Of a stretch of 39,337 bases of DNA, positions 30,920 to 39,337 are shown piece after piece. Source of the DNA: Halobacteriaceae archaeon (GTDB lineage Archaea > Halobacteriota > Halobacteria > Halobacteriales > Halobacteriaceae). A model generated the notes under the pieces. It was not told the origin of the DNA and did not search any database. It saw only the letters and a program-made list of their open reading frames with translations. The translations under genes were made by a program, and so were the position numbers. The DNA lies in NCBI GenBank assembly GCA_042216675.1, contig JBDGTS010000034.1:1-39337 (forward strand), in the 5' to 3' direction. Within the stretch, counting starts at the first letter, position 1. Every line of letters begins with the position of its first letter.

Positions 30920-32947
30920 ATGAGCGACGACGCACGCGCCGGCGTCGACGTCGGCGGCACCTTCACCGACGTCGTGACCGTCAGCGACGGCGAGGTACAG
31001 GTCCTCAAGACGCCCTCGACGCCCGACAGCCCGGACGAAGGCGTGCGAACCGGGCTCGAAGCCGCGGCCGAACGGGGGCCGGACCTCGACGCTCTCTCCT
31101 TCTTCGGTCACGGCACGACGCACGCCACGAACGCCGTCCTCGAAGGCGAGTGGGCCGAGACGGCGCTCCTGACGACCGAGGGCTTCCGCGACGTCCTCGA
31201 AATCGGACGGCAGACCCGCCCCGACCTGTACGACCTGTTCGCCGAGAAGCCGGCCCCGATCGTCCCCCGTGACCGGCGCCACGAGGTTCCCGAGCGACTC
31301 GACGAACGCGGCGGCGTCCGCGAGGCACTCGACGAGGACGCGGTGCGCGCTCTCGCGGGCGAGGTAGACGCCGAGAGCGTCGCCGTCTGCCTGCTCTTCG
31401 CGTTCGAGAACGATGCTCACGAGCGCCGCGTCCGCGAGATTCTGCGCGAAGCGGGCGTCGAGGCGCCGATTACGCTCTCCGGCGAGGCCCACCCCGAAAT
31501 CCGGGAGTACGAGCGGACGGTGACGACGGCGCTCGACGCCGCCCTCCGCCCGACCATGGAGCGCTACATCGACCGCCTCGACGGCTGGCTTCGGGACCGG
31601 GGCGTGCCCGCACCGCTGACCATCATGGCCTCGAACGGGGGCCTCGTCGCCGCGGACGACGCCGCGGCGCATCCGACGACGACGCTCCTCTCGGGGCCTG
31701 CCGCGGGCGTGCAGGGCGCCACGCACGTCGCAGAGCGCCACGGATTCACGGACCTGCTGACGATGGACATGGGCGGCACCTCCTGTGACGTGTCGCTCGT
31801 CACCGACGGCGACCCCCAAATAACGACGGACGCCACCGTCGGTGACTACCCGGTCGGGTCGCCGGCCGTCGACGTCCACACCGTCGGCTCCGGTGGCGGG
31901 TCCATCGCCCGCGTCGACGCCGGGGGTGCGCTCCGCGTCGGGCCGGCCTCGGCGGGCGCTCAGCCGGGGCCAGTCTGCTACGGGCGCGGTGGCGAGACGC
32001 CGACGACGACGGACGCACACGCTCTGCTGGGCCGCATCGACCCGAGCCGGTTCCTCGACGGCGCGGCCAGCGAGGGGACGGTCCGGGCGGCCGTGCGCGA
32101 GTACGTCGCCGACCCCCTCGATTCTACGGTCGAAGAGGCTGCACAGGGGATTCTCGACGTGGCCGCGGCGAATCTGGAGCGCGCGCTCCGGGTCGTCTCC
32201 GTCGAGCGAGGGCGCGACCCGCGTGAGTTTACGCTCGTCGCCTTCGGCGGCGCGGGACCGCTCCACGCGCCCCGCATCGCCGAGCGATTGGACGTACCAC
32301 GCGTCCTCGTACCGCGCCACGCGGGCGTCCTCTCGGCCGTGGGCTTGCTGGTGGGTGACGTGCGCTACCATCACGCCACCTCCCGGGTCCGTCCGTGGGA
32401 CGACGTCGAACCGGCGGCGCTGGAGACGGCGTTCGAGAGGCTCGAATCGCAGGGCGAGGCGGACCTCGACTCGGCGGGTATCGCTCCGGAGCGGCGCTCG
32501 CTGGAGCGGTCGGCCGACCTGCGCTACGCCGGCCAGTCGTTCTCGCTCTCGGTGCCGGTGCCCGAATCGCTCGACGCGGCGGCGCTCGCGGGCGTCGCGG
32601 ACCGCTTCCACGAGGCCCACGAGCGCCGATACGGGCACGCCGACGCGGACGCCGACGTGGAGGTAGAGACCCTGCGCGTCCGGGCCCGCGGCCGGACCGA
32701 GGCGCCGGACCTGTCGGCGTCGGACCCCGGCGGAACCGTGACCGACGCGCGCCGCGAGACGCGGGCCGTCGGCTTCGCCGGCGAGCGCATCGAGACGCCG
32801 GTCTACGACCGCGAGCGTCTGCCACACGGCGGCGAAATCGAGGGACCGGCCGTCGTCGAGGGCGGCCAGACCACCTGCGTCGTTCGACCCGAGCAGCGAG
32901 CGCGGGTGGCCGACGACGGCAGTCTGCTCGTGGAGGTGGCCCCATGA
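30920..32947 (+). CDS. Hydantoinase A / 5-oxoprolinase ATP-binding subunit
   Basis: DVGGTFTD, HGTTHATNA, REYERT, LSGPAAG, DMGGTSCD, GSGGGSIA, SAGAQPGP. Confidence 0.93.
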   Translation: MSDDARAGVDVGGTFTDVVTVSDGEVQVLKTPSTPDSPDEGVRTGLEAAAERGPDLDALSFFGHGTTHATNAVLEGEWAETALLTTEGFRDVLEIGRQTRPDLYDLFAEKPAPIVPRDRRHEVPERLDERGGVREALDEDAVRALAGEVDAESVAVCLLFAFENDAHERRVREILREAGVEAPITLSGEAHPEIREYERTVTTALDAALRPTMERYIDRLDGWLRDRGVPAPLTIMASNGGLVAADDAAAHPTTTLLSGPAAGVQGATHVAERHGFTDLLTMDMGGTSCDVSLVTDGDPQITTDATVGDYPVGSPAVDVHTVGSGGGSIARVDAGGALRVGPASAGAQPGPVCYGRGGETPTTTDAHALLGRIDPSRFLDGAASEGTVRAAVREYVADPLDSTVEEAAQGILDVAAANLERALRVVSVERGRDPREFTLVAFGGAGPLHAPRIAERLDVPRVLVPRHAGVLSAVGLLVGDVRYHHATSRVRPWDDVEPAALETAFERLESQGEADLDSAGIAPERRSLERSADLRYAGQSFSLSVPVPESLDAAALAGVADRFHEAHERRYGHADADADVEVETLRVRARGRTEAPDLSASDPGGTVTDARRETRAVGFAGERIETPVYDRERLPHGGEIEGPAVVEGGQTTCVVRPEQRARVADDGSLLVEVAP

Positions 32948-34578
32948 GCGGCGCCGATCCGGTGACGCTGGAAGTCGTTCGCAACGCCTGCATGGCCGTC
33001 GCCGAGGAGATGACGGCCACGCTCGTCCGGACGGCGTACTCCCCGAACGTCAAGGAGCGCCGCGACTGCTCGTGTGCCCTGTTCGACGCCGCCGGGCGGA
33101 TGGTGGCGCAGGCCGAGACGATTCCGGTCCACCTCGGCGCGATGCCGTTCTCGGTGCGGGCGGCCGTCGAGGCGTTCCCCGCGGAGACGCTGAATCCCGG
33201 GGACGCCGTCCTGCTGAACGATCCGTTCCGCGGCGGCGCGCACCTCCCCGACCTCACCCTCGTGACGCCCGTCTTCGCCGATGGCGACGTGATTGCCTAC
33301 GCCGCGAACCGCGCGCACCACGCCGACGTGGGCGGCGCGACGGCGGGGAGCGTCGGCGCCGAGTCCACCGAAATCTACGAGGAGGGCCTGCGCATCCCGC
33401 CGGTGAAACTGCTGGATGGTGGCGACTACGACGAGAGCGTCCGCGAACTGCTGTTCGCGAACGTTCGCACCCCCGACGAGCGACGGGGGGACCTCAGGGC
33501 GCAGGTGGCCGCCAACGAGACGGGCCGGGAGCGCACGGCCGAACTCGTCGAGCGACACGGACGCGAGACGTTCGACGATGCCCTCGCCGGCGTCCAGACG
33601 TACTCCGAGCGGCGGATGCGAGCGGAGATCGACGCGCTCCCAGATGGCACCTACGAGTTCACGGACGTCCTCGACGACGACGGGCGCGGGAACCGCGACC
33701 TGCCCGTCAGCGTCGCCGTCACCGTCGACGGCGAGGACGTGACCGTGGACTTCGCGGGTACCGCCGAGCAGACGGAGGGGCCGGTCAACGCGGTGCTGGC
33801 GGTCACCACCTCCGCGACGTACTACGCGCTCCGGTGTGTGACCGACCCCAATATCCCGCCGAATCACGGCTGTTACCGGCCGATTACGGTCGAGGCGCCC
33901 GAGGGGACCATCGTCAACGCCGAACCACCGGCGGCCGTCGTCGCGGGCAACCTCGAAACGTCCCAGCGCGTGACCGACGCCGTGTTCGGGGCTCTCGCGG
34001 AGGCGGTCCCGGACCGCGTGGCCGCCGCCGGGCAGGGGACGATGAACAACCTCACTGTCGGCGGCACGGACCCGCGGGACGGCGAACCGTTCGCCTTCTA
34101 CGCGACGCACGGCGGCGGGGCCGGCGGCCGGGCGGGCGCCGACGGGATGGACGCGGTCCACGTCCACATGAGCAACACGCAGAACACGCCCGTCGAGGTG
34201 CTGGAGACGGCGTATCCGCTCCGCGTGGAGCGCTACGAACTCCGGTCGGGGTCCGGGGGCGACGGCGAGTACCGTGGCGGCCTCGGCCTGCGCCGCGACG
34301 TGGCCGTGCGCGGCGACGCGACGGCCAGCCTCCTCGCCGAGCGCCATCGCTCACAGCCCTACGGTCTCGCCGGCGGGAAGTCGGGGGCGCCGGGCGCGGC
34401 CTACCTGTTTCCGGACGGCGACGAGGACGAGGCCGAGCGCCTGCCGGCGAAGACGACACTCGACCTCGACGCGGGCGACGTGCTGAGCATCAGAACGCCC
34501 GGCGGCGGAGGGTACGGCGACCCCGAAGACAGGGACCCGGCCGACAGAGCGCACGAGGAACGGCTGGGCACGGACTAG
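32944..34578 (+). CDS. Hydantoinase B / 5-oxoprolinase subunit
   Basis: RTAYSPNVKERRDCSCA, PVHLG, NDPFRGGAHLPD, HHADVGG, TPGGGGYG; ATG overlaps the upstream stop. Confidence 0.93.
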   Translation: MSGADPVTLEVVRNACMAVAEEMTATLVRTAYSPNVKERRDCSCALFDAAGRMVAQAETIPVHLGAMPFSVRAAVEAFPAETLNPGDAVLLNDPFRGGAHLPDLTLVTPVFADGDVIAYAANRAHHADVGGATAGSVGAESTEIYEEGLRIPPVKLLDGGDYDESVRELLFANVRTPDERRGDLRAQVAANETGRERTAELVERHGRETFDDALAGVQTYSERRMRAEIDALPDGTYEFTDVLDDDGRGNRDLPVSVAVTVDGEDVTVDFAGTAEQTEGPVNAVLAVTTSATYYALRCVTDPNIPPNHGCYRPITVEAPEGTIVNAEPPAAVVAGNLETSQRVTDAVFGALAEAVPDRVAAAGQGTMNNLTVGGTDPRDGEPFAFYATHGGGAGGRAGADGMDAVHVHMSNTQNTPVEVLETAYPLRVERYELRSGSGGDGEYRGGLGLRRDVAVRGDATASLLAERHRSQPYGLAGGKSGAPGAAYLFPDGDEDEAERLPAKTTLDLDAGDVLSIRTPGGGGYGDPEDRDPADRAHEERLGTD

Positions 34579-34844
34579 TCGCCGTCCCGAAGCGAGTACA
34601 CCCGCTTGCGGGCGTCGGGGATGAACACGTCCTCTTCGACGAGGTCCGCGTCGGTCAACTCAGAGAGCGCGTAGCGCGTCGTGCGTTTCGAGAGTCTGGT
34701 CTTCTCGGCGATTTCGGACTGCGTGAGCGGCGCCTCCGTCTCCAGTACCTTGTACACGAGTTTCGCGCTGGGGGGCAACGCGTCGAGACGGGCGCGGTGC
34801 TGTTCAGGCGTCACGTCGGACCCCGACGCGGCAAAAGCGATCAC
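34575..34844 (-). CDS. Small winged-helix (MarR/TrmB-like) regulator; start ambiguous
   Basis: LPPSAKLVYKVL...LTQSEIAEKTRLSKRTTRYAL...DARKRVY. Confidence 0.8.
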   Translation of the reverse strand: MIAFAASGSDVTPEQHRARLDALPPSAKLVYKVLETEAPLTQSEIAEKTRLSKRTTRYALSELTDADLVEEDVFIPDARKRVYSLRDGD

Positions 34845-34893
34845 TCGCCATGGGCAACTCCCACCTCGGAGACGACGACAAAGGGGTTTTCGG

Positions 34894-35058
34894 TCAGGCT
34901 TCCGCAGAGTCGATGCCGTTCACGAGGACGAGGCCGTAGTCACACTCGGGACAGCGCCACTTCGTCTTCGTCCCGAGATGCAGCGTCGTACTCGCCGTGC
35001 GGTAGAACGTCTGCTCCTCGCCGCAGTCGGGGCAAGCGTGGTCCAGTTCCCGTGCCAT
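34894..35058 (-). CDS. Small CPxCG-related zinc-finger protein (54 aa)
   Basis: Manual translation MARELDHACPDCGEEQTFYRTASTTLHLGTKTKWRCPECDYGLVLVNGIDSAEA*; shorter than any ORF in the track. Confidence 0.88.
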   Translation of the reverse strand: MARELDHACPDCGEEQTFYRTASTTLHLGTKTKWRCPECDYGLVLVNGIDSAEA

Positions 35059-35388
35059 GCTGACGACTCACCGCCCGTCGCAGTTGAACGTACTGGTTCG
35101 TACAGTGCGATAAACTACATATCGCGATAGCAAATCGCCCGTGGTCACCGACGCCGCGGCCGGCGGTACCGACACGCCACGGGGACTGACCTCTGCGGGG
35201 CGGTCGTCGGGCCTTCGCGTCGTGGAGAGATCTAGCCCACCACGCGTACAACTCCCGTGGAGTTTGGAACAGATGGCTTTGATTTATGTAAAGTTGATTT
35301 TAGCCACGGCGACGAGACGGCCGGTTTCACGCAACTACGGCGGAATTAAGGCAAAATTATTTGAACTGTGCGGCCACAGGACACGGTG

Positions 35389-36195
35389 ATGACAGACGGG
35401 GCCGACGACGGCAGCGTGCTACAGAGCAAGCGCAACGCGACGCGCTACCAGATCCTCGTCGAAATCGCGGAGCGCCAACCGGCCGTCAGCCAGCAGGAAA
35501 TCGCCGACGCCATCGGCATCACCGCCCAGGCGGTCAGCGACTACCTGCAGGGCCTCGTCGAACGGGGCCACGTCGAGAAGCACGGTCGCGGCCGCTACGA
35601 GGTGACCAAGGAGGGCGTCGACTGGCTCATCACACAGACGGACGACTTGCGGGACTACGTGGATCACGTCTCCGAGGACGTCATCGGGCAGGTGGAAATC
35701 GACACGGCCATCGCGACGGCCCCGGTGTCGGAGGGCGACGCCGTCTCGATCTCGATGCAGGACGGCGTTCAGCGCGCGACGCCCGGCGAGAGCGGGAGCG
35801 CCACCGGCGTCGCCGTCACCGACGCCGAGGCCGGACAGGACGTGGGCGTGACGAACTGGACCGGCGTCCTCGACTACGAGTTGGGAGCCGTGACGTTCGT
35901 CTCGATTCCCCGCGTCCAGAACGGCGGGAGCAGGGCCGCCGACCCGGACCGTATCGCCGCCCTCGCAGAGGACTACGACTTCGTGGCCGTCGCCGGGACG
36001 GAGGCGCTGGCCGCCGCGAACGCCGCCGACGTCCCCCCGGACGTTCGCTTTGGCACCGCCGCGGCGGTGCAGGAGGCCGCCGCGCGCGGGCAGGACGTGT
36101 TGGTGGTGGCGGTGACGACGGCGCTCTCGGCACACACGGACCGCCTGCGGGAACACGACATCAGCTACGAAGTCGTGGACGTGGGCGAGGACTGA
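35389..36195 (+). CDS. MarR-like wHTH transcription regulator (conserved archaeal family)
   Basis: TRYQILVEIAERQPAVSQQEIADAIGITAQAVSDY...GRGRYEVT. Confidence 0.85.
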   Translation: MTDGADDGSVLQSKRNATRYQILVEIAERQPAVSQQEIADAIGITAQAVSDYLQGLVERGHVEKHGRGRYEVTKEGVDWLITQTDDLRDYVDHVSEDVIGQVEIDTAIATAPVSEGDAVSISMQDGVQRATPGESGSATGVAVTDAEAGQDVGVTNWTGVLDYELGAVTFVSIPRVQNGGSRAADPDRIAALAEDYDFVAVAGTEALAAANAADVPPDVRFGTAAAVQEAAARGQDVLVVAVTTALSAHTDRLREHDISYEVVDVGED

Positions 36196-36235
36196 CCGGG
36201 CGAACTACTTTGTCGGCGGCCCCCGAAGGTCAGGT

Positions 36236-36475
36236 ATGGCGATGGAACTGTACGCACTCGACGGCTGTCCCTACTGCGAGAAAGTCCACGACGCCCTCGA
36301 TGCGGCGGGCGTCGACTACGAGACACACTGGGTCGGCGGCCGCCACTCCGAGCGCGACGAGGTGAAACGCGTCAGCGGTCAGCGCGGCGTCCCGGTCCTC
36401 GTCGACGGGGACCGTGGCGTCGTGATGCCCGAGAGCGACAACATCCTCGACTACATCGAGCGAACGCTCGCCTGA
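36236..36475 (+). CDS. Glutaredoxin-like protein
   Basis: CPYC, SGQRGVPVLVD, MPESDNI. Confidence 0.9.
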   Translation: MAMELYALDGCPYCEKVHDALDAAGVDYETHWVGGRHSERDEVKRVSGQRGVPVLVDGDRGVVMPESDNILDYIERTLA

Positions 36476-36476
36476 C

Positions 36477-37013
36477 ATGCGCATCTACACCGGCCGGGGC
36501 GACTCCGGCGAGACGGACCTGATGGATCAGTCCCGCGTCTCGAAGGCGGACCCGCGCATCGAGGCCTACGGGACCGTAGACGAACTGAACGCCCTCGTGG
36601 GAAAGGTGCGCCCCACCGGCGAGGGCGACATCGACGACCATCTCCACGCGGCCCAGAACCACCTCCACGTCCTCTCCGCGGACCTCGCGAACCCCGACGT
36701 GGAGGACGGCGAGGGGCCGCGCATCGACGAGACGCACGTCGAGACGGTGGAGGACTGGATCGACTCCTTCGACGAGGAACTGGAGCCGCTCGAACAGTTC
36801 ATCCTCCCGGGCGGCGGCGTCTCCGGGTCGGACCTCCACCACGCCCGCACGGTGTGTCGCCGCGCGGAGCGCCGTCTGGTGGCGCTCGGAGCGGCAGAGG
36901 GCGTGAACGAAGACGCGCTGGCGTACGTGAATCGGCTCTCCGACGCACTCTTCGTGTTCGCCCGCGCGATCAACCAGCGCACGGGCCACGTCGAGGAGCA
37001 TCCGACGTACTGA
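36477..37013 (+). CDS. pduO: PduO-type ATP:cob(I)alamin adenosyltransferase
   Basis: IYTGRGDSGET, EAYGTVDELN, FILPGG, ARTVCRRAER, NRLSDALF. Confidence 0.95.
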   Translation: MRIYTGRGDSGETDLMDQSRVSKADPRIEAYGTVDELNALVGKVRPTGEGDIDDHLHAAQNHLHVLSADLANPDVEDGEGPRIDETHVETVEDWIDSFDEELEPLEQFILPGGGVSGSDLHHARTVCRRAERRLVALGAAEGVNEDALAYVNRLSDALFVFARAINQRTGHVEEHPTY

Positions 37014-37053
37014 CGCCACAAGGGATATATTCGCCGTCCACGTATCACTTCGT

Positions 37054-37317
37054 ATGAACAAGCACTTCGAAGACGCGCGCTACTATCTCGGCCGAGCGAC
37101 GGAAACCGCCAAGGAAGGCGTGAAAGAGGAGCTAGAGCCGGTTCGAGAGCGCTTCGGCGAACTCACCGGCGAGGAAGAAGAGGCCGAACCCGAGGAGGGG
37201 CGACTGGAGAAGATGCAGTCCGAGATTCAGGAACTCGAAGAGAAGGCCGAAGGCGAGGCACGGCGGGCGCTCACGAGCGCTCGCGGCCGCATCGAGCGCT
37301 ATCGGAAGGACGACTGA
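37054..37317 (+). CDS. Small helical haloarchaeal hypothetical protein
   Basis: MNKHFEDARYYLGRA..., Glu/Lys-rich; GATATATT TATA-like box about 25 nt upstream. Confidence 0.8.
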   Translation: MNKHFEDARYYLGRATETAKEGVKEELEPVRERFGELTGEEEEAEPEEGRLEKMQSEIQELEEKAEGEARRALTSARGRIERYRKDD

Positions 37318-37322
37318 GGTTC

Positions 37323-37335
37323 CGAAATCTTAAGT
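37323..37335 (+). promoter_or_regulatory. BRE/TATA promoter of the tRNA
   Basis: CGAAATCTTAAGT about 25-38 nt upstream of the tRNA 5' end. Confidence 0.65.
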
Positions 37336-37360
37336 CCACGCTCACGAAGAGTGTGGTAGC

Positions 37361-37435
37361 GGGTCGGTGGTCTAGTCCGGTTATGACGGCTCCTTCACAC
37401 GGAGCAGGCCGGCGGTTCGAATCCGCCCCGACCCA
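37361..37435 (+). tRNA. tRNA-Val (anticodon CAC)
   Basis: Acceptor GGGTCGG/CCGACCC plus A; anticodon arm GCTCC-TTCACAC-GGAGC; T arm GGCGG-TTCGAAT-CCGCC; CCA not encoded. Confidence 0.97.
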
Positions 37436-37447
37436 TCTGATACTCAC

Positions 37448-37469
37448 ACGGACCGTAAGGGTCCGTTTT
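37448..37469 (+). terminator. Hairpin plus T-tract after the tRNA
   Basis: ACGGACC-GTAAG-GGTCCGT followed by TTT. Confidence 0.4.
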
Positions 37470-37957
37470 CATCCGTTTCAGAGCGCGTAGCGGCAGATTC
37501 GTTATTTTCGGGACGTTTTTCGCGGGTCGCTAGGACGCGGATTCCAACAGGCTATCGAACGGGGGTCAGCGCCGTCCGTTGGTTCCGGAGATTGATACCG
37601 CGCGCAAGGTTATGAAAGTGGGGCTTCGAGTGATCCATACCCTAGGAGAGTCGCTACCTCAGCAGCACGTTACGTACCATTCGAGAGGTATCGCGTTTGC
37701 CTCAAACCATACGGAATGAGTTATGGGCACTGCTTCGAGGTCAGATCCCCTCGTCGTTACCTGTCGCTCACACAGCCACTACACATCTGGCGCATTATCT
37801 GTATAGTATGTTTATTTTGTGTTGATAGAACCGGATCACGATCTCCATCGAGTACGTGACTCGAAATGGTTACCAGAGTCTCCAGTTTTGTCGGGGTCGG
37901 CCTCCGGATAAACGAATTCTATTCACTCGGGGCTAGTTTTGGTGCGGACGTACCAAC

Positions 37958-39082
37958 TCAGTCTGAAGAGTTCCTCTCGCCCTGATCCGTCTCGCTCGCC
38001 GGTATTGCTTCTCTCAAGGCCTCGATTTCTTTGTCCGCCTGCTTCTCAATATTACTTCGATGGGACGTATCCTCTGAGCTACTTGCTTCATCACTGTCCG
38101 ACAGCTGATTAGCAATTCGAAGCGCAGTCTCGTTGACCCACTCTGCTTCTCTTGCTTGCTCACCACTGACTTTGAGAAAGCCATCGTCAAACCAGAACCC
38201 GTTATCGGAAGTTTCGTTGGCTATCTCACGGTACAGTGACCGAACTGTGCTAGCCTTGGGACGCCCCTCGAGAATGGAGCATCCCTCGGACGGGGACATC
38301 TTGAGTTTTCGTTGCGGTTTCTGGTCCAGCTCCCGAAGGGCTTCAACTTTGATCGCCGTGCGCTTCTCTTCTCTCGACATCGCGTGATAGGGAAGTCGAG
38401 CTGGGTCGATAGGTCCAGAGTCGGACGCGCTCCCTCTTGGAACGAACGTCTCTGGGGCTCCCGGAGCAGGGATGACATCTTTCGTATCAAGAACGCCTGG
38501 GAGATACTCCTCTAACGCGTATTTCTTCGTCCCGATCCCCTCTTTCTCTGCGGCATCCAGAAATTCTCGTTGGGTGAACGAGTCATCAAGCCTCGAAGCG
38601 ATTCGATCGGTGGTGGTCATCTCGTCGTCATCTTGATAAGCGAGTTCCTCGGCAAGATCGTTCACAGTCTCAGCAATCCTCACGAGTTCCCCGTCCGTTT
38701 CGGCGTATCTCATCATGACGGCCTCGACAAATTCGCCGGCCGAACGAAACGCGTCGGACTGCTGTTCCTTGATCGCATCACGGATGTCTTCGGCCACTCG
38801 ATAGCGAACGACGGTCGTGTCTCCGTTCCGAGCGGAGAAGTATTCGGGAGTACTCTGGCGCTCGTCTTTTTCGCGGGAGGTGTTTTCGATTGACTCGGCC
38901 AAGTCCTCGACGGCCTCTCGAACGGTTGCGACGTGACCTTGCCCAAGTTCGGCACGGAGTTCGCGCTCCAATACGAATCCGGCGTACGAGTCGCTCGTCC
39001 CGTACTCATCGGCCACTGCGGCGTCGAACGCCGTCTTCGCGTCTTGACTGACGCGGAAGTTGAGGGCGACGCGGTCAGCCAC
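37958..39082 (-). CDS. Hypothetical protein with two ribbon-helix-helix-like motifs
   Basis: GTG at 39082 with GGAGGTG Shine-Dalgarno; RVALNFRVSQDAKTAFD and TTVVRYRVAEDIRDAIK...SAGEFVEAVM; acidic composition. Confidence 0.75.
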   Translation of the reverse strand: MADRVALNFRVSQDAKTAFDAAVADEYGTSDSYAGFVLERELRAELGQGHVATVREAVEDLAESIENTSREKDERQSTPEYFSARNGDTTVVRYRVAEDIRDAIKEQQSDAFRSAGEFVEAVMMRYAETDGELVRIAETVNDLAEELAYQDDDEMTTTDRIASRLDDSFTQREFLDAAEKEGIGTKKYALEEYLPGVLDTKDVIPAPGAPETFVPRGSASDSGPIDPARLPYHAMSREEKRTAIKVEALRELDQKPQRKLKMSPSEGCSILEGRPKASTVRSLYREIANETSDNGFWFDDGFLKVSGEQAREAEWVNETALRIANQLSDSDEASSSEDTSHRSNIEKQADKEIEALREAIPASETDQGERNSSD

Positions 39083-39337
39083 GGAACCCACCTCCAGTCA
39101 GAATTGGGCGAGAGTCCTCGTCACAAGACTGTGACAGAGTGGTCGTACTACTAACTACTACGTAACGAGAACGTAACGAAGAGAGAGAAGACGAGGATGG
39201 AGAACGAATCCGAACGAGGTTGCGGAAGATCCTGCGGCCTCGCTTGCTGGTGGCTTCCCCTCTCGACTGGACGTCGGTCGCGCGCGTTCTCAACACCCGC
39301 CGCGAAAAAGAACCGACAGACGCCCTCATGCAGAGAC

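Larger units (their letters stand above)
37436..39337. mobile_element. Probable left end of an element integrated at tRNA-Val
   Basis: GC falls after the tRNA (hand counts: 24/60 at 37801-37860, 28/60 at 38041-38100, versus 43/60 at 16201-16260); long non-coding stretch; atypical codon usage. No integrase in the window. Confidence 0.6.

Noticed and set aside
29312-32827. 1171-aa minus-strand ORF suggesting a giant fusion
   Set aside because: Only 29312-30247 looks like a real protein; the rest is antisense to nikR and hydantoinase A.
39075-39329. 84-aa minus-strand ORF
   Set aside because: Arg/Ser-rich, not acidic, and runs through the repeat tract; probably non-coding.

Overview
High-GC chromosomal segment of a halophilic archaeon (class Halobacteria; inferred from acidic proteins, apparently leaderless genes behind TATA boxes, archaeal RFC, and a tRNA without encoded CCA). 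Positions 1-37435 are mostly housekeeping: malic enzyme, RFC large subunit, a VapBC pair, HMG-CoA synthase, a pilin-like PKD surface protein, DUF2150-TatD-NYN, gcvT-H-PA-PB, proCBA, a P1B heavy-metal ATPase with a Cys-containing HTH-10 regulator, NikR with hydantoinase/oxoprolinase A and B, PduO and tRNA-Val(CAC). After the tRNA the GC content drops, suggesting the edge of an integrated element. The most unusual structure is at 3568-3872: two copies of an irregular hairpin element with conserved outer arms and covarying inner stems whose core is flipped, each followed by a copy of the 61-bp 3' end of maeB. Several candidate operators, two short genes missing from the ORF track and a possible frameshift are also visible. 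Family assignments come from motif recognition, not database searches.
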